The notes under the pieces were generated by a model. The model saw nothing but the letters and a program-made list of their open reading frames with translations, was not told the DNA's origin and did no database searches. DNA of 64,000 nucleotides from Candidatus Terrybacteria bacterium RIFCSPHIGHO2_01_FULL_48_17 (lineage in GTDB: Bacteria; Patescibacteriota; Minisyncoccia; Terrybacterales; 2-01-FULL-58-14). Numbering within the stretch: the stretch's first letter is position 1; each line of letters starts with the position of its first letter. Shown here one piece after another: positions 54,113-62,767 of this stretch. Both the position numbers and the translations under genes were made by a program. The stretch lies in contig MHSS01000002.1 of the NCBI GenBank assembly GCA_001822835.1, positions 65,060 through 129,059 of the forward strand, written 5' to 3'.

Positions 54113-54562
54113 ATGCAACTACATCACATCAAAAAACCAAGGAATCAAAAACTAAGCCGTCGCGTGGGAAGGGGGGGGAAGCGTGGTACGTATTCCGGCA
54201 GAGGCATGAAAGGACAACGATCAAGAGCCGGAGCCAAAATACGTCCAGCAGTTCGAGATCTTATTAAGAAGATTCCAAAATTGCGAGGGGCCGAAGGGAG
54301 AGGCACAAGCCCCAAAAAACCTCTTGCCCCAACGATAGTTTTGGTGGAACGAATCCAGCAACACTTTCGGGCAGGAGAAAAAGTAACCCCACGAACACTT
54401 TTCGCAAAAGGTATCGTTGAAAAACGGCTTGGAAAAATTCCTGAAGTAAAACTTTTGGGATCAGGAAAAATCTCCAAGAAATTATTGGTGTCTGAATGTC
54501 AAATATCCTCCGGAGCTCGCAAGGCGATTGAAAAAGCAGGCGGGAGCATAGAGAAACCCTAA
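54113..54562 (+). CDS. rplO: 50S ribosomal protein L15 (directly after S5; no L30 gene present)
   Basis: L15 G/R-rich N-terminus (RRVGRGGKRGTYSGRGMKGQRSR); start set at MQLHHIKKP. Confidence 0.9.
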   Translation: MQLHHIKKPRNQKLSRRVGRGGKRGTYSGRGMKGQRSRAGAKIRPAVRDLIKKIPKLRGAEGRGTSPKKPLAPTIVLVERIQQHFRAGEKVTPRTLFAKGIVEKRLGKIPEVKLLGSGKISKKLLVSECQISSGARKAIEKAGGSIEKP

Positions 54563-54576
54563 ACTTTATTGTATAT

Positions 54577-55848
54577 ATGTTTGAGAAACTTTTACTTTTG
54601 TGGAAAATTTCGGAATTGCGCGCAAAGATTCTTTTTGTGCTTGGCATGCTTGCGGTGTTCCGGCTCGCCGCATCGATCCCCGTGGCCGGTGTCGACACAG
54701 AACGGCTTGCTGCATTTTTCCAGTCGAATCAGCTTTTTGGCCTCATCAATATTTTTACGGGGGGAACGCTTGAAAATTTATCAATCGCCATGCTTGGTGT
54801 GGGGCCTTATATTACCGCAACCATTATTCTGCAGTTGCTGACCATGATCTTCCCGCGTTTAAAGGAAATGTATTACGAAGAGGGCGAACAGGGGCGGCAG
54901 AAATTTAACCAAATCGGGCGTCTTTTGACCGTCCCCTTGGCGATTCTGCAAGGTTTTGGTTTTTTGCGACTTTTAGCTTCACAGGGCGTTGTAGAGTTAA
55001 CACCTATCACCACCGCAGTTAACATTGCGGTCGTAGTTGCAGGAACCATTCTTTTAATGTGGCTTGGGGAACTGATTACGGAAAAAGGTATTGGCAACGG
55101 TGTTTCGCTTATCATCTTTGCCGGTATTGTGGCATCTATCCCGCAATCACTCTTTCAGTTTTTCTCAACGTGGGATCAGACAAAACTTTTTCAAACCGTA
55201 GCATTTGCGGCAATTGCAATTATTGTTGTGGCGGGTGTGGTTTTAATTAACGAGGCACAGCGGCGCGTTCCTATTGCGTATGCCAAGCGTATCCGCGGAT
55301 TTCGTATGTACGGTGGTGTTTCAACGCACCTTCCTATACGCGTAAATTCCGCTGGCGTTATTCCCATTATTTTTGCCTTGTCCATCGTGCTTTTTCCGGG
55401 AATGATAGCCCAATTTTTCACTACGGTGGATGTTCCTCAAATTGCAAGTATCGCTAATACAATTCAAAATATTTTTTCCGTAAATAACTGGACGAGCATA
55501 TTTATCTATTTTGGTTTAGTGTTTATATTCACTTATTTTTATACCGCTGTCATTTTTGATCCCAAGGAAATTTCACAAAACATCCAGCGCTCAGGCGGAT
55601 TTATCCCAGGAATTCGGCCGGGCTCGCCCATGGTAAGCCATCTCTCGCGTATTATTAACCGAACTACTCTTGTCGGAGCTTCGTTTTTGGGAATCATTGC
55701 GGTGTTGCCACAAGTGATGCAGCAGGGCTTGAATCTGCCCGCCCTCACCATCGGGGGAACGGCGGTATTGATTGTCGTGTCGGTGGTGATTGAGACGATG
55801 AAACAAATAGAAGCGCAGCTGACAATGCGGGAATACGAAGGGTTTTAG
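54577..55848 (+). CDS. secY: preprotein translocase subunit SecY
   Basis: 10-TM SecY pattern, 423 aa, canonical position after L15. Confidence 0.93.
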   Translation: MFEKLLLLWKISELRAKILFVLGMLAVFRLAASIPVAGVDTERLAAFFQSNQLFGLINIFTGGTLENLSIAMLGVGPYITATIILQLLTMIFPRLKEMYYEEGEQGRQKFNQIGRLLTVPLAILQGFGFLRLLASQGVVELTPITTAVNIAVVVAGTILLMWLGELITEKGIGNGVSLIIFAGIVASIPQSLFQFFSTWDQTKLFQTVAFAAIAIIVVAGVVLINEAQRRVPIAYAKRIRGFRMYGGVSTHLPIRVNSAGVIPIIFALSIVLFPGMIAQFFTTVDVPQIASIANTIQNIFSVNNWTSIFIYFGLVFIFTYFYTAVIFDPKEISQNIQRSGGFIPGIRPGSPMVSHLSRIINRTTLVGASFLGIIAVLPQVMQQGLNLPALTIGGTAVLIVVSVVIETMKQIEAQLTMREYEGF

Positions 55849-55850
55849 AG

Positions 55851-56000
55851 CTCGCGCAGGGCCATTTGCGAAACGCGACAATCCCCAGCGAGGATTGTCG
55901 CTCTGTCCTCGCCGCGCTCCCCCGCATACGGTTTATATTTTATAAGGAAGCGGGGACCATGCCCGCGCGGCTGCGAAGGTTCGCAAATGTCCCTTCGCTC
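55851..56000. repeat. hairpin-rich intergenic repeat, copy E (arms cgcagggccatttgcgaa / ttcgcaaatgtccct); same subfamily as copy F
   Basis: Starts 3 nt after the secY stop; about 25-nt terminal segments identical to 59705/59814; internal perfect hairpin gcgacaatcc/ggattgtcgc. Confidence 0.7.
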
Positions 56001-56099
56001 ACCCCAAAAAAGTTGCTTGGCTGCTTCATTCATTGTTTCGTAAAGAGAAGGGTAGGATAAAAGGAGACCGGCCGTGCATTGCACGGCCGGTTTTTGTTT

Positions 56100-56777
56100 T
56101 TATCCTGCTTCGTCTGATCCATCTTCATGATTTTCACCCATGATCGCTTTGAGCAGCTTTTCGGTGGGAAAGATGACGAGCGTGCCCTTTACCCATTTTT
56201 CGCGGAAATAACCCCATTGAATTAAACCATCAACGGTCCATGGGCCGTCTGACAATCGTATGAGGTCTTCCTTGGGGAATCCCGCAAGGCGGTTCCATAT
56301 ACGGCAGAGAATCATAAAGGTTTCAACAAAAGATTCATCCTCTGCTTTTCCAAGACGCAGCCCTCTTTCAAAATAGACGCTGGTTGGAGAATACCGATCC
56401 GTCCGAGAGTTTAGAGTATTTTCCAATTCTAGATCCCAAAAAGCGGCCCTACAGAAAGATTGGATGAGAACTCTTTTGCCGTGTTCGTCAATCCAGACCT
56501 CTTCCGCGTCTGTTTTTTCTGGTGCGGTTTTCCGTTTCATTTGCCTTTCTTCTTTTGTTGCGCTTTCAAGGATTTTCTGGAAGGCATCCGGGTTGCGTTC
56601 CTTCAGACGTATGACATCTGCGACGATTTTCACTTCCTCGTCTGTAAGCCCCAGCATTTGGGCTGCTCTCCCGGCTTTATTTTGGGAGCAGTGGGCGCGT
56701 TGCCCAAGCTCAACGAGAAAAGGGTTTTGCCGTAGTGCTTCCCGAATTCTTTCCGCAAGCTCTTTTTGTGAGCGCAT
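56100..56777 (-). CDS. hypothetical protein (opposite strand, between secY and adk)
   Basis: 225-aa ORF with plausible composition; no family recognised. Confidence 0.5.
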   Translation of the reverse strand: MRSQKELAERIREALRQNPFLVELGQRAHCSQNKAGRAAQMLGLTDEEVKIVADVIRLKERNPDAFQKILESATKEERQMKRKTAPEKTDAEEVWIDEHGKRVLIQSFCRAAFWDLELENTLNSRTDRYSPTSVYFERGLRLGKAEDESFVETFMILCRIWNRLAGFPKEDLIRLSDGPWTVDGLIQWGYFREKWVKGTLVIFPTEKLLKAIMGENHEDGSDEAG

Positions 56778-56997
56778 TGCTCAACCTCCGGAGGCGGGCG
56801 CGTTGCCGCTTTCAAAGAGCATAGAGAAAGCGTAGTAAATAATAGTTGGCTTGTCAATGCTTCATGGGGACACGCCGAAAGTTTTTATTATTTTTGGTTC
56901 GGACCTCTTGAGATCCTACTATCGAGGTCGGACCTCGATAGCGATAGTTTGTTGTTGCAGGAGCCCATTTTTCTTGTTACTGTATGGTTGAACTTTC

Positions 56998-57567
56998 ATG
57001 CAGAGGCGCTACGATGCGGTATTTTTAATTGGGAGACCTGGCTGCGGCAAGGGGACGCAGTCGCGGCTATTGCAAAGACGTGCTGGTTTTGCCTTGGTGA
57101 AAACCGGTACTCTTTTTCGGGCATTGGCAAAAAAACAAACAACACTTGGCCGTAACGTCAAAAAAACGCTCAATCGAGGAAAACTCATGCCGCCATGGCT
57201 TGCGTTTTCCGTAGTGCTGGATGCATCGGGACGTGTCGATGCAAAGAAGCCGGTGTTGTTTGATGGCAGCCCCCGTACTAAAAGAGAGGCCGAATGGCTC
57301 ACTGCTGCTTTACCATGGTTTGGCAGAAATCATATTGCCGCCGTGCATCTTTTCATACGTCCGCAAGAATCATACCGCCGGCTCATCTTACGCAAAAGAC
57401 ACGACGATACTCCCGTCGTGATTCGTGCACGTCTACAAGAGTTTGACCGTAATGTAATGGCTGCCCTTCGTGTGCTTCGTGAAAAGCGGCTGCTTAAAAC
57501 GGTCAAGGGAGAACGACCCATCCAGGAAGTAGCACGCGATATTCGCAGGGTATTGCATTTGACATAA
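56998..57567 (+). CDS. adenylate kinase-like P-loop NMP kinase (paralog 1, no zinc lid)
   Basis: P-loop GRPGCGKGTQ; short LID region; tandem with the canonical adk. Confidence 0.7.
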   Translation: MQRRYDAVFLIGRPGCGKGTQSRLLQRRAGFALVKTGTLFRALAKKQTTLGRNVKKTLNRGKLMPPWLAFSVVLDASGRVDAKKPVLFDGSPRTKREAEWLTAALPWFGRNHIAAVHLFIRPQESYRRLILRKRHDDTPVVIRARLQEFDRNVMAALRVLREKRLLKTVKGERPIQEVARDIRRVLHLT

Positions 57568-57576
57568 CGTGGATTT

Positions 57577-58260
57577 ATGCAAAAAGCTGTTATCATTTTT
57601 GGTCCGCCAGGTGCGGGTAAGGGGACACAAGCAGAGATGTTTGCGGACGCGTTTGGTTTTTTGCATCTTGAAACAAGCCGCATTATTGAGGAGGCGTTGG
57701 CGACGCACGATTCAACGGAATATATTATTGCCGGAAAATCATACACCTACGGGCAGGAGAAAGAAAATTTCGACAAAGGAATTTTGGTGGAGCCGGAGGT
57801 AGTTGTACATTGGATGGTTGAGGCGATACGAAGCCATGCCCGTGCGGGAAAATCGATTGTTTTTTCTGGATCTCCCCGTACCCTCTTCGAGGCAGAGCAC
57901 CTATATCCGGTATTGCATGAATGTTTTGGCGGCAATGGCTTTTTTTGTTTTCATCTAACTGTTCCGCCAGATCTTTCAGTAAGCCGTAACATGCGGCGGC
58001 GTATTTGTGTCGCATGCCGTCTACCGCATGAGCCCAATAAAACGGTGTTGGAGTGTACGCGTTGCCGGGGAAGTTTAGTGACGCGCGGTGAACTTGATTC
58101 GCATACCTCGCTTCGCAAGCGGCTCGAAGAGTTTGAAAAACGCACCCTGCCTGGAATTTATCACTTTGAAGATCAAGGTCGTGCGGTATCGCGGCTGGAC
58201 GGTTCGCGCCCACCCGATGATGTTTTTAGGCATTTGTGTGCATTGCTTGGTTTAGTATGA
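57577..58260 (+). CDS. adk: adenylate kinase (zinc-lid type)
   Basis: GPPGAGKGTQA P-loop; LID with CVACR...CTRCRG zinc knuckle. Confidence 0.88.
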   Translation: MQKAVIIFGPPGAGKGTQAEMFADAFGFLHLETSRIIEEALATHDSTEYIIAGKSYTYGQEKENFDKGILVEPEVVVHWMVEAIRSHARAGKSIVFSGSPRTLFEAEHLYPVLHECFGGNGFFCFHLTVPPDLSVSRNMRRRICVACRLPHEPNKTVLECTRCRGSLVTRGELDSHTSLRKRLEEFEKRTLPGIYHFEDQGRAVSRLDGSRPPDDVFRHLCALLGLV

Positions 58261-58997
58261 AACACTCTCCACAAGATATTGTCGCAATGCGCGCGTCGGG
58301 GCAAACCGCCGCGCGTATCCTTAAAGAAGTGGCCTTGCGCGTTCAAGCGGGTATAACGCCAAAAGAACTTGATCGTATTGCGCGCAAGGAAATTGAATCG
58401 GCAAAAGTTAAGCCCGCTTTTTTGGGCTATGATAAATTTCCCGCGGTGTTGTGCGTTTCGGTAAACAGCGTTGCGGTGCACGGCGCGCCAAGCGATATTG
58501 AATTTTGTGAGGGGGACGTCGTGGGGCTTGACTTTGGCGTTATCAAAAACGGCTGGTATTCCGATTTGGCTATAACAGTAGGGGTTGGCCAAATTTCCTC
58601 TGAAGCACAAAAACTTATTACGGTATGCAAAACAGCGCTTGAACGAGCAATTTCAGTATTAAAAGAAGGGGTGAGTGTAGGTGATATTTCCTCCACAATT
58701 CAAACATACGTTGAGGGGAATGGCTTTTTGGTTATTCGTGAACTTGTGGGACACGGCATTGGGAAAAACCTTCACGAGTTGCCTCATGTGCCCAATTTTG
58801 GGAAACCCGGCATTGGGGAAGTGCTGGAAGAAGGGGCAACGATTGCCATTGAGCCGATTATTTCGGTTTCCGACGAGCACGTGGAGCTTGATTCGGACCA
58901 GTTTAGCTGGCGTACAAAAAAAGGGTCGCTTGCCGCGCATTTTGAACATACCGTTGTAGTTACCAAAGAGGGCGCGGATATTTTGACATTGCCGTAA
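58257..58997 (+). CDS. map: methionine aminopeptidase type I
   Basis: MetAP pita-bread fold motifs (AVHG, DVVGLDFG, H..GHGIG, E..FAIEP); ATGA overlap with adk. Confidence 0.9.
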   Translation: MKHSPQDIVAMRASGQTAARILKEVALRVQAGITPKELDRIARKEIESAKVKPAFLGYDKFPAVLCVSVNSVAVHGAPSDIEFCEGDVVGLDFGVIKNGWYSDLAITVGVGQISSEAQKLITVCKTALERAISVLKEGVSVGDISSTIQTYVEGNGFLVIRELVGHGIGKNLHELPHVPNFGKPGIGEVLEEGATIAIEPIISVSDEHVELDSDQFSWRTKKGSLAAHFEHTVVVTKEGADILTLP

Positions 58998-59006
58998 GAA
59001 AAAGAT

Positions 59007-59327
59007 ATGCTGCACATAGCATCTTTGAAAAGAAGAGGAATCCCCATGGACTTTCCCCATAACTTTTCCTACGATCTACTTAAGTGTCTTGGAGTTTTGC
59101 GGATCAACGATGACGGAACAGCGACATTACAATTTTTTCAAGGCGCATCTTCTGTTAACGCACCGCTAGGATTTGTTGCGGTAGATCATATGGGTATTGC
59201 AATTGCCCATATTGTAGATAAGGATGTCGCCGGTGAATTTATAAAAATGATCCCTGGAGCCGTCTTCCGCGTTTTCAAGATAGTTCGGCTTCCGAACTCG
59301 ATCTTTCTTTTTGGCGAGCCCAGTTAG
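59007..59327 (+). CDS. hypothetical protein (occupies the position where infA is usually found, but is not IF-1)
   Basis: 106-aa ORF; no S1/OB IF-1 signature. Confidence 0.4.
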   Translation: MLHIASLKRRGIPMDFPHNFSYDLLKCLGVLRINDDGTATLQFFQGASSVNAPLGFVAVDHMGIAIAHIVDKDVAGEFIKMIPGAVFRVFKIVRLPNSIFLFGEPS

Positions 59328-59345
59328 GGTTCGCTTTTTGCCATT

Positions 59346-59630
59346 ATGCGTTTTTCAATACCCAAACAGCGCTATATTTTGACCACTGCGTTGCGGCGCA
59401 TCGGATATGCGCCGAGTCGCCGCGGGCAGAGTTTTGTGCGCAAACTTTCTTCAACGCCCTATCCCCAATTTCATTTATATGTGGAAGAAACCGAACGCGG
59501 ATGGGGGTTTAACCTTCATTTGGATCAGAAGCAGCCAACGTATGAGCCGGGGCGGGCGCACGCAGGGGAGTATGAGGGTGAAGTAGTGGAGCGCGAGGCC
59601 GCGCGAATACGCGCGTTTATCGATACATAA
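59346..59630 (+). CDS. hypothetical protein
   Basis: 94-aa ORF, charged; no family recognised. Confidence 0.4.
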   Translation: MRFSIPKQRYILTTALRRIGYAPSRRGQSFVRKLSSTPYPQFHLYVEETERGWGFNLHLDQKQPTYEPGRAHAGEYEGEVVEREAARIRAFIDT

Positions 59631-59694
59631 AGCTGGTCGGGCACATTTCGAAAAGGAGAGTGCTCGCGCAAGCCCCTTTTACTTTCCCGGTTTC

Positions 59695-59838
59695 CACGAG
59701 TTCACGCAGGGCCATTTGCGAAACGCGCGCAGCCCCAGCGTGTCTGCGCGCTCTGTCCTCGCCGCGCTCGCCCCGATGGCCATCGGGGCACCATGCCCGC
59801 GCGGCTGCGGAGGTTCGCAAATGTCCCTCCGCTCACTC
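59695..59838. repeat. hairpin-rich intergenic repeat, copy F (same subfamily as copy E)
   Basis: Arms cacgcagggccatttgcgaaacgcg / aggttcgcaaatgtccctccgctcac; internal hairpins gcgcag...ctgcgc and ccccgatgg/ccatcgggg. Confidence 0.7.
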
Positions 59839-59976
59839 GCGGGAGGATCATAACGCGCTCAAAGTGCTACGCGCCCGCAAGAATAATCTGTTTTTCTCAA
59901 TCTTAATGCACTAGTCGCGTTTTTTCTGGAAGACGCACGTTCCTCCCTTTGTTTTTAGAGAGGAAAAGAGAAAAGG

Positions 59977-60003
59977 AAGCCGCTGGTGGCGGCTTTTATG
60001 TTT
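59977..60003 (+). terminator. rho-independent terminator (AAGCCGC-TGGTG-GCGGCTT + TTATGTTTG); same hairpin type as 42655-42675
   Basis: 7-bp stem + T-run; a homologous gaggaaaa...aagccgcNggtggNcggct module follows copy C. Confidence 0.5.
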
Positions 60004-60092
60004 GTATCAGCAACATTACTATGGGGATCGGATCCCCATAGTTTGGTTAGCGCAAATTTGTGGCGTTCGTTTTCTTGCGCCTTTCCGTTTGC

Positions 60093-60121
60093 TTGACAGG
60101 TCGCTTCTCCTTTGCTATCAA
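60093..60121 (+). promoter_or_regulatory. candidate sigma-70-type promoter (TTGACA-N17-TATCAA)
   Basis: Consensus -35 with 17-nt spacer, about 120 nt upstream of the Cys-rich small ORF / ruvX. Confidence 0.4.
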
Positions 60122-60239
60122 AAGAGAGGATAAAAAAGAAAAAGCGAGGAGTATATTGACAAGAAAAAAGCCGTCCGCCGTTAAGTTCTTACGGTTTATT
60201 CATGAGGCATATTGTTTTCGTTGCCGCAGGAAACAGCCG

Positions 60240-60485
60240 ATGAAAAACCCCAAGGAAACTATTCTTTCAAATAGTTCCTCGGTCATTAGGGGACGATGCG
60301 TGCATTGTGGTACTAAGGTGAGTGTTTTGCAGAAAAAGATTTCCCTTCGCAATGCTTTGCGATCGGTCGAATGTCCTACCGATGGGGTGCACATATGTTG
60401 TATCCCGACCGGAGGTGGCGTTGATTTGTCTGAGTTTGGCTGTGGCTGTTGGTGTCATAAACCGATCGGTAGTGCGCTGCAATAA
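60240..60485 (+). CDS. small Cys-rich protein (RCVHCGTKV zinc-ribbon-like N-terminus; C-terminal CC...GCGCWCH cluster)
   Basis: 81-aa ORF starting at an internal Met of the 60060-60485 frame; 11 Cys. Confidence 0.4.
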   Translation: MKNPKETILSNSSSVIRGRCVHCGTKVSVLQKKISLRNALRSVECPTDGVHICCIPTGGGVDLSEFGCGCWCHKPIGSALQ

Positions 60486-60539
60486 GCAGCGCATTTTTAT
60501 TGAGCGATTTATGTTACGATAAAATAGTATTCGTGTCTT

Positions 60540-60920
60540 ATGCGCATACTCGCCATTGACCACGGCTCCAAACGAATAGGTCTTGCGGTAGGGGACACCG
60601 GGCATGGGGTTGCCACACCCCTAAAAAGCATTGGGGCACACGATGTCTTTGGCGAGCTTCGTGCGTTTGTAGCAAAGGAAAATATAGAACGTATTGTAAT
60701 TGGAATGCCGTTGACATTGCGGGGAGAAAAAGGAGCGCAGGCGCAAAAGGTAGAGGCATTTGGTAAAAAACTTGGATCGTTGCTTAACCTCCCAGTTGAA
60801 TTTTTTGATGAGCGCCTTACCTCAAAAATGGTGTTAAAAGACACGCAAGATAAAGACGCAGCAGCCGCTGCTATTTTGCTTTCCGATTGGCTCCAGGCGT
60901 ACCAGAATAAGAAAACATAG
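60540..60920 (+). CDS. ruvX: Holliday junction resolvase-like protein RuvX/YqgF
   Basis: MRILAIDHGSKRIGLAV(G)D RNase H-like N-terminus, 126 aa. Confidence 0.85.
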   Translation: MRILAIDHGSKRIGLAVGDTGHGVATPLKSIGAHDVFGELRAFVAKENIERIVIGMPLTLRGEKGAQAQKVEAFGKKLGSLLNLPVEFFDERLTSKMVLKDTQDKDAAAAAILLSDWLQAYQNKKT

Positions 60921-60937
60921 TGTGGTATAATAAAAAA

Positions 60938-61687
60938 ATGAACATAGGAAAACCATATCTTTCCATCATTATCCCTGCCTATAACGAAGGGGAGCGTATC
61001 GGATCAACGCTAAAGGCGGTTGCGGGCTTTATAGAGAAGCAGTCGTATTCGGCTGAAATTTTGGTGGTGAGCGACGGCTCAACAGATAAGACCGTCGAAA
61101 TTGCAGAGAGCGCCAGGGATCATATATCTTCGCTTCGTGTGATAGAAAACAAGGAGAATCACGGGAAGGGATGGGTAGTGAGACAAGGCATGCTTGAGGC
61201 GCAGGGTGGCTTCCGTTTATTCACCGACGCCGATAACGCAACTCCTATTGAGGAATTTGAGAAGCTTCTTGGTTGGGTTAAACCACAAGGCATTTATGAT
61301 ATTGCGATTGGCTCTATTGGTTTAAAAGAAAGCAAAGTAGACCGGCCTGAACCTTTGCCGCGCGTGATTGCAGGCCGCATGGCGAATTTTTTGATCCAGA
61401 CAGTGGCTGTTCCGGGAATTCAGGATACGCAGCGAGGGTTTAAGTTGTTTACCGCAGAAAGCGCTGAAGCTATTTTTTCAAAAACCAAAATAGACCGCTG
61501 GGGTTTTGATATCGAAGTACTTGCTTTGGCGCGAAAGCTTGGCTTCACCGTTAAGGAAGTGCCCATCCGTTGGATTCATATGGCCGGCTCCAAAGTGAAG
61601 GCGGATATTTATTACAAGACCTTGGCGGAACTCGCAAAAATACGATGGTGGCTATGGACGAATTCTTATGGAATTCGTCGAAATTGA
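60938..61687 (+). CDS. glycosyltransferase family 2 (dolichyl-phosphate mannose/glucose synthase-like)
   Basis: LSIIIPAYNE ... VVSDGSTD ... DAD GT-A motifs. Confidence 0.85.
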   Translation: MNIGKPYLSIIIPAYNEGERIGSTLKAVAGFIEKQSYSAEILVVSDGSTDKTVEIAESARDHISSLRVIENKENHGKGWVVRQGMLEAQGGFRLFTDADNATPIEEFEKLLGWVKPQGIYDIAIGSIGLKESKVDRPEPLPRVIAGRMANFLIQTVAVPGIQDTQRGFKLFTAESAEAIFSKTKIDRWGFDIEVLALARKLGFTVKEVPIRWIHMAGSKVKADIYYKTLAELAKIRWWLWTNSYGIRRN

Positions 61688-61748
61688 CCTAATTTCTAAT
61701 TTTTATAAAATTCCCAAAAGACCGTCTTTAGGTCAATTAGAAATTTTT

Positions 61749-62756
61749 ATGGATTCTTCTTCCGAACTTCGGAGAGATCTCATCTCTGGCGATTGGGTTG
61801 TTATTGCAACAGGTCGCGGCAAGCGTCCCCAACGGGCAGTGAAAAAACGGGCGCGCGATCTTGAGTACGAGAAAACCGAAGGATGTCCGTTCGATAATCC
61901 TCAAAGTGGGAGTAATGCGCCCCCGCTTTTTGTTGTGCAAAAACCCGGTGCACAAATGAGTGAAGATTGGTTTATTCAGGTGATCCCCAATAAATACCCA
62001 GCGCTTGCGCCCGGCGAAGAATACGATCGTACTGTTGGACCCTTTGATGTAAAAAGCGGCGTGGGATTTCATGAACTTGTTATTACTCAACCACATGATC
62101 GGGGATTGCCTCAATTTTCAATCGAGGAGGCAAGTTTGGTGTTGCATACCTATCGTTCCCGATACCATGCGCTTGCGCACGAACATTCGGTGCGTTATAT
62201 TTCGATCTTCCATAATTTCGGTAAAGAAGCGGGTGCTTCTATCTTCCATCCGCATTCGCAAATTCTTGCAATTCCCGTTATCCCTCCTGATGTAAATAGA
62301 TCCTTTCAGGGTTCGTTGAAATATTTTGAGGAGAAAGGGCATTGTGTGCATTGCGATCTTATCGGGTGGGAACGCCAACAGCGGCTGCGTGTTATTTTTG
62401 AAAATAATTCTTTCATCGCACTATGCCCTTTTGTTTCCCGTTCGGCCTTTGAAGTCCGCATATTCCCTAAAGCTCATGAGCCGTGTTTTCAGGAACTCGG
62501 AGATCGCGAACTTTCAGATGCTGCAGAAGCGTTGAAAGAAACGCTTCGAAAAATCTGGGCAGTACTCGAGGAGCCCTCCTATAATTTTTTTATTCACAGT
62601 TCGCCCTGTGGGAAATCCTTATATTTCCCGCATTACCATTGGCATCTTGAAGTATTGCCGAAAGTTTCGATTTGGGCTGGGTTTGAGATCGCAACGGGAA
62701 TCGAAATTTCGACTGTCGCGCCGGAAGAAGCAGCAGCTATGCTGCGCAAGGCCTAG
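61749..62756 (+). CDS. galT: galactose-1-phosphate uridylyltransferase (HIT superfamily)
   Basis: CPFD..., HCVHCD zinc site, FHPHSQILA HxHxQ active-site motif; start set at MDSSSELRR (the track's 61668 overlaps the GT2 gene). Confidence 0.8.
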   Translation: MDSSSELRRDLISGDWVVIATGRGKRPQRAVKKRARDLEYEKTEGCPFDNPQSGSNAPPLFVVQKPGAQMSEDWFIQVIPNKYPALAPGEEYDRTVGPFDVKSGVGFHELVITQPHDRGLPQFSIEEASLVLHTYRSRYHALAHEHSVRYISIFHNFGKEAGASIFHPHSQILAIPVIPPDVNRSFQGSLKYFEEKGHCVHCDLIGWERQQRLRVIFENNSFIALCPFVSRSAFEVRIFPKAHEPCFQELGDRELSDAAEALKETLRKIWAVLEEPSYNFFIHSSPCGKSLYFPHYHWHLEVLPKVSIWAGFEIATGIEISTVAPEEAAAMLRKA

Positions 62757-62767
62757 GTTCTTCGGAT

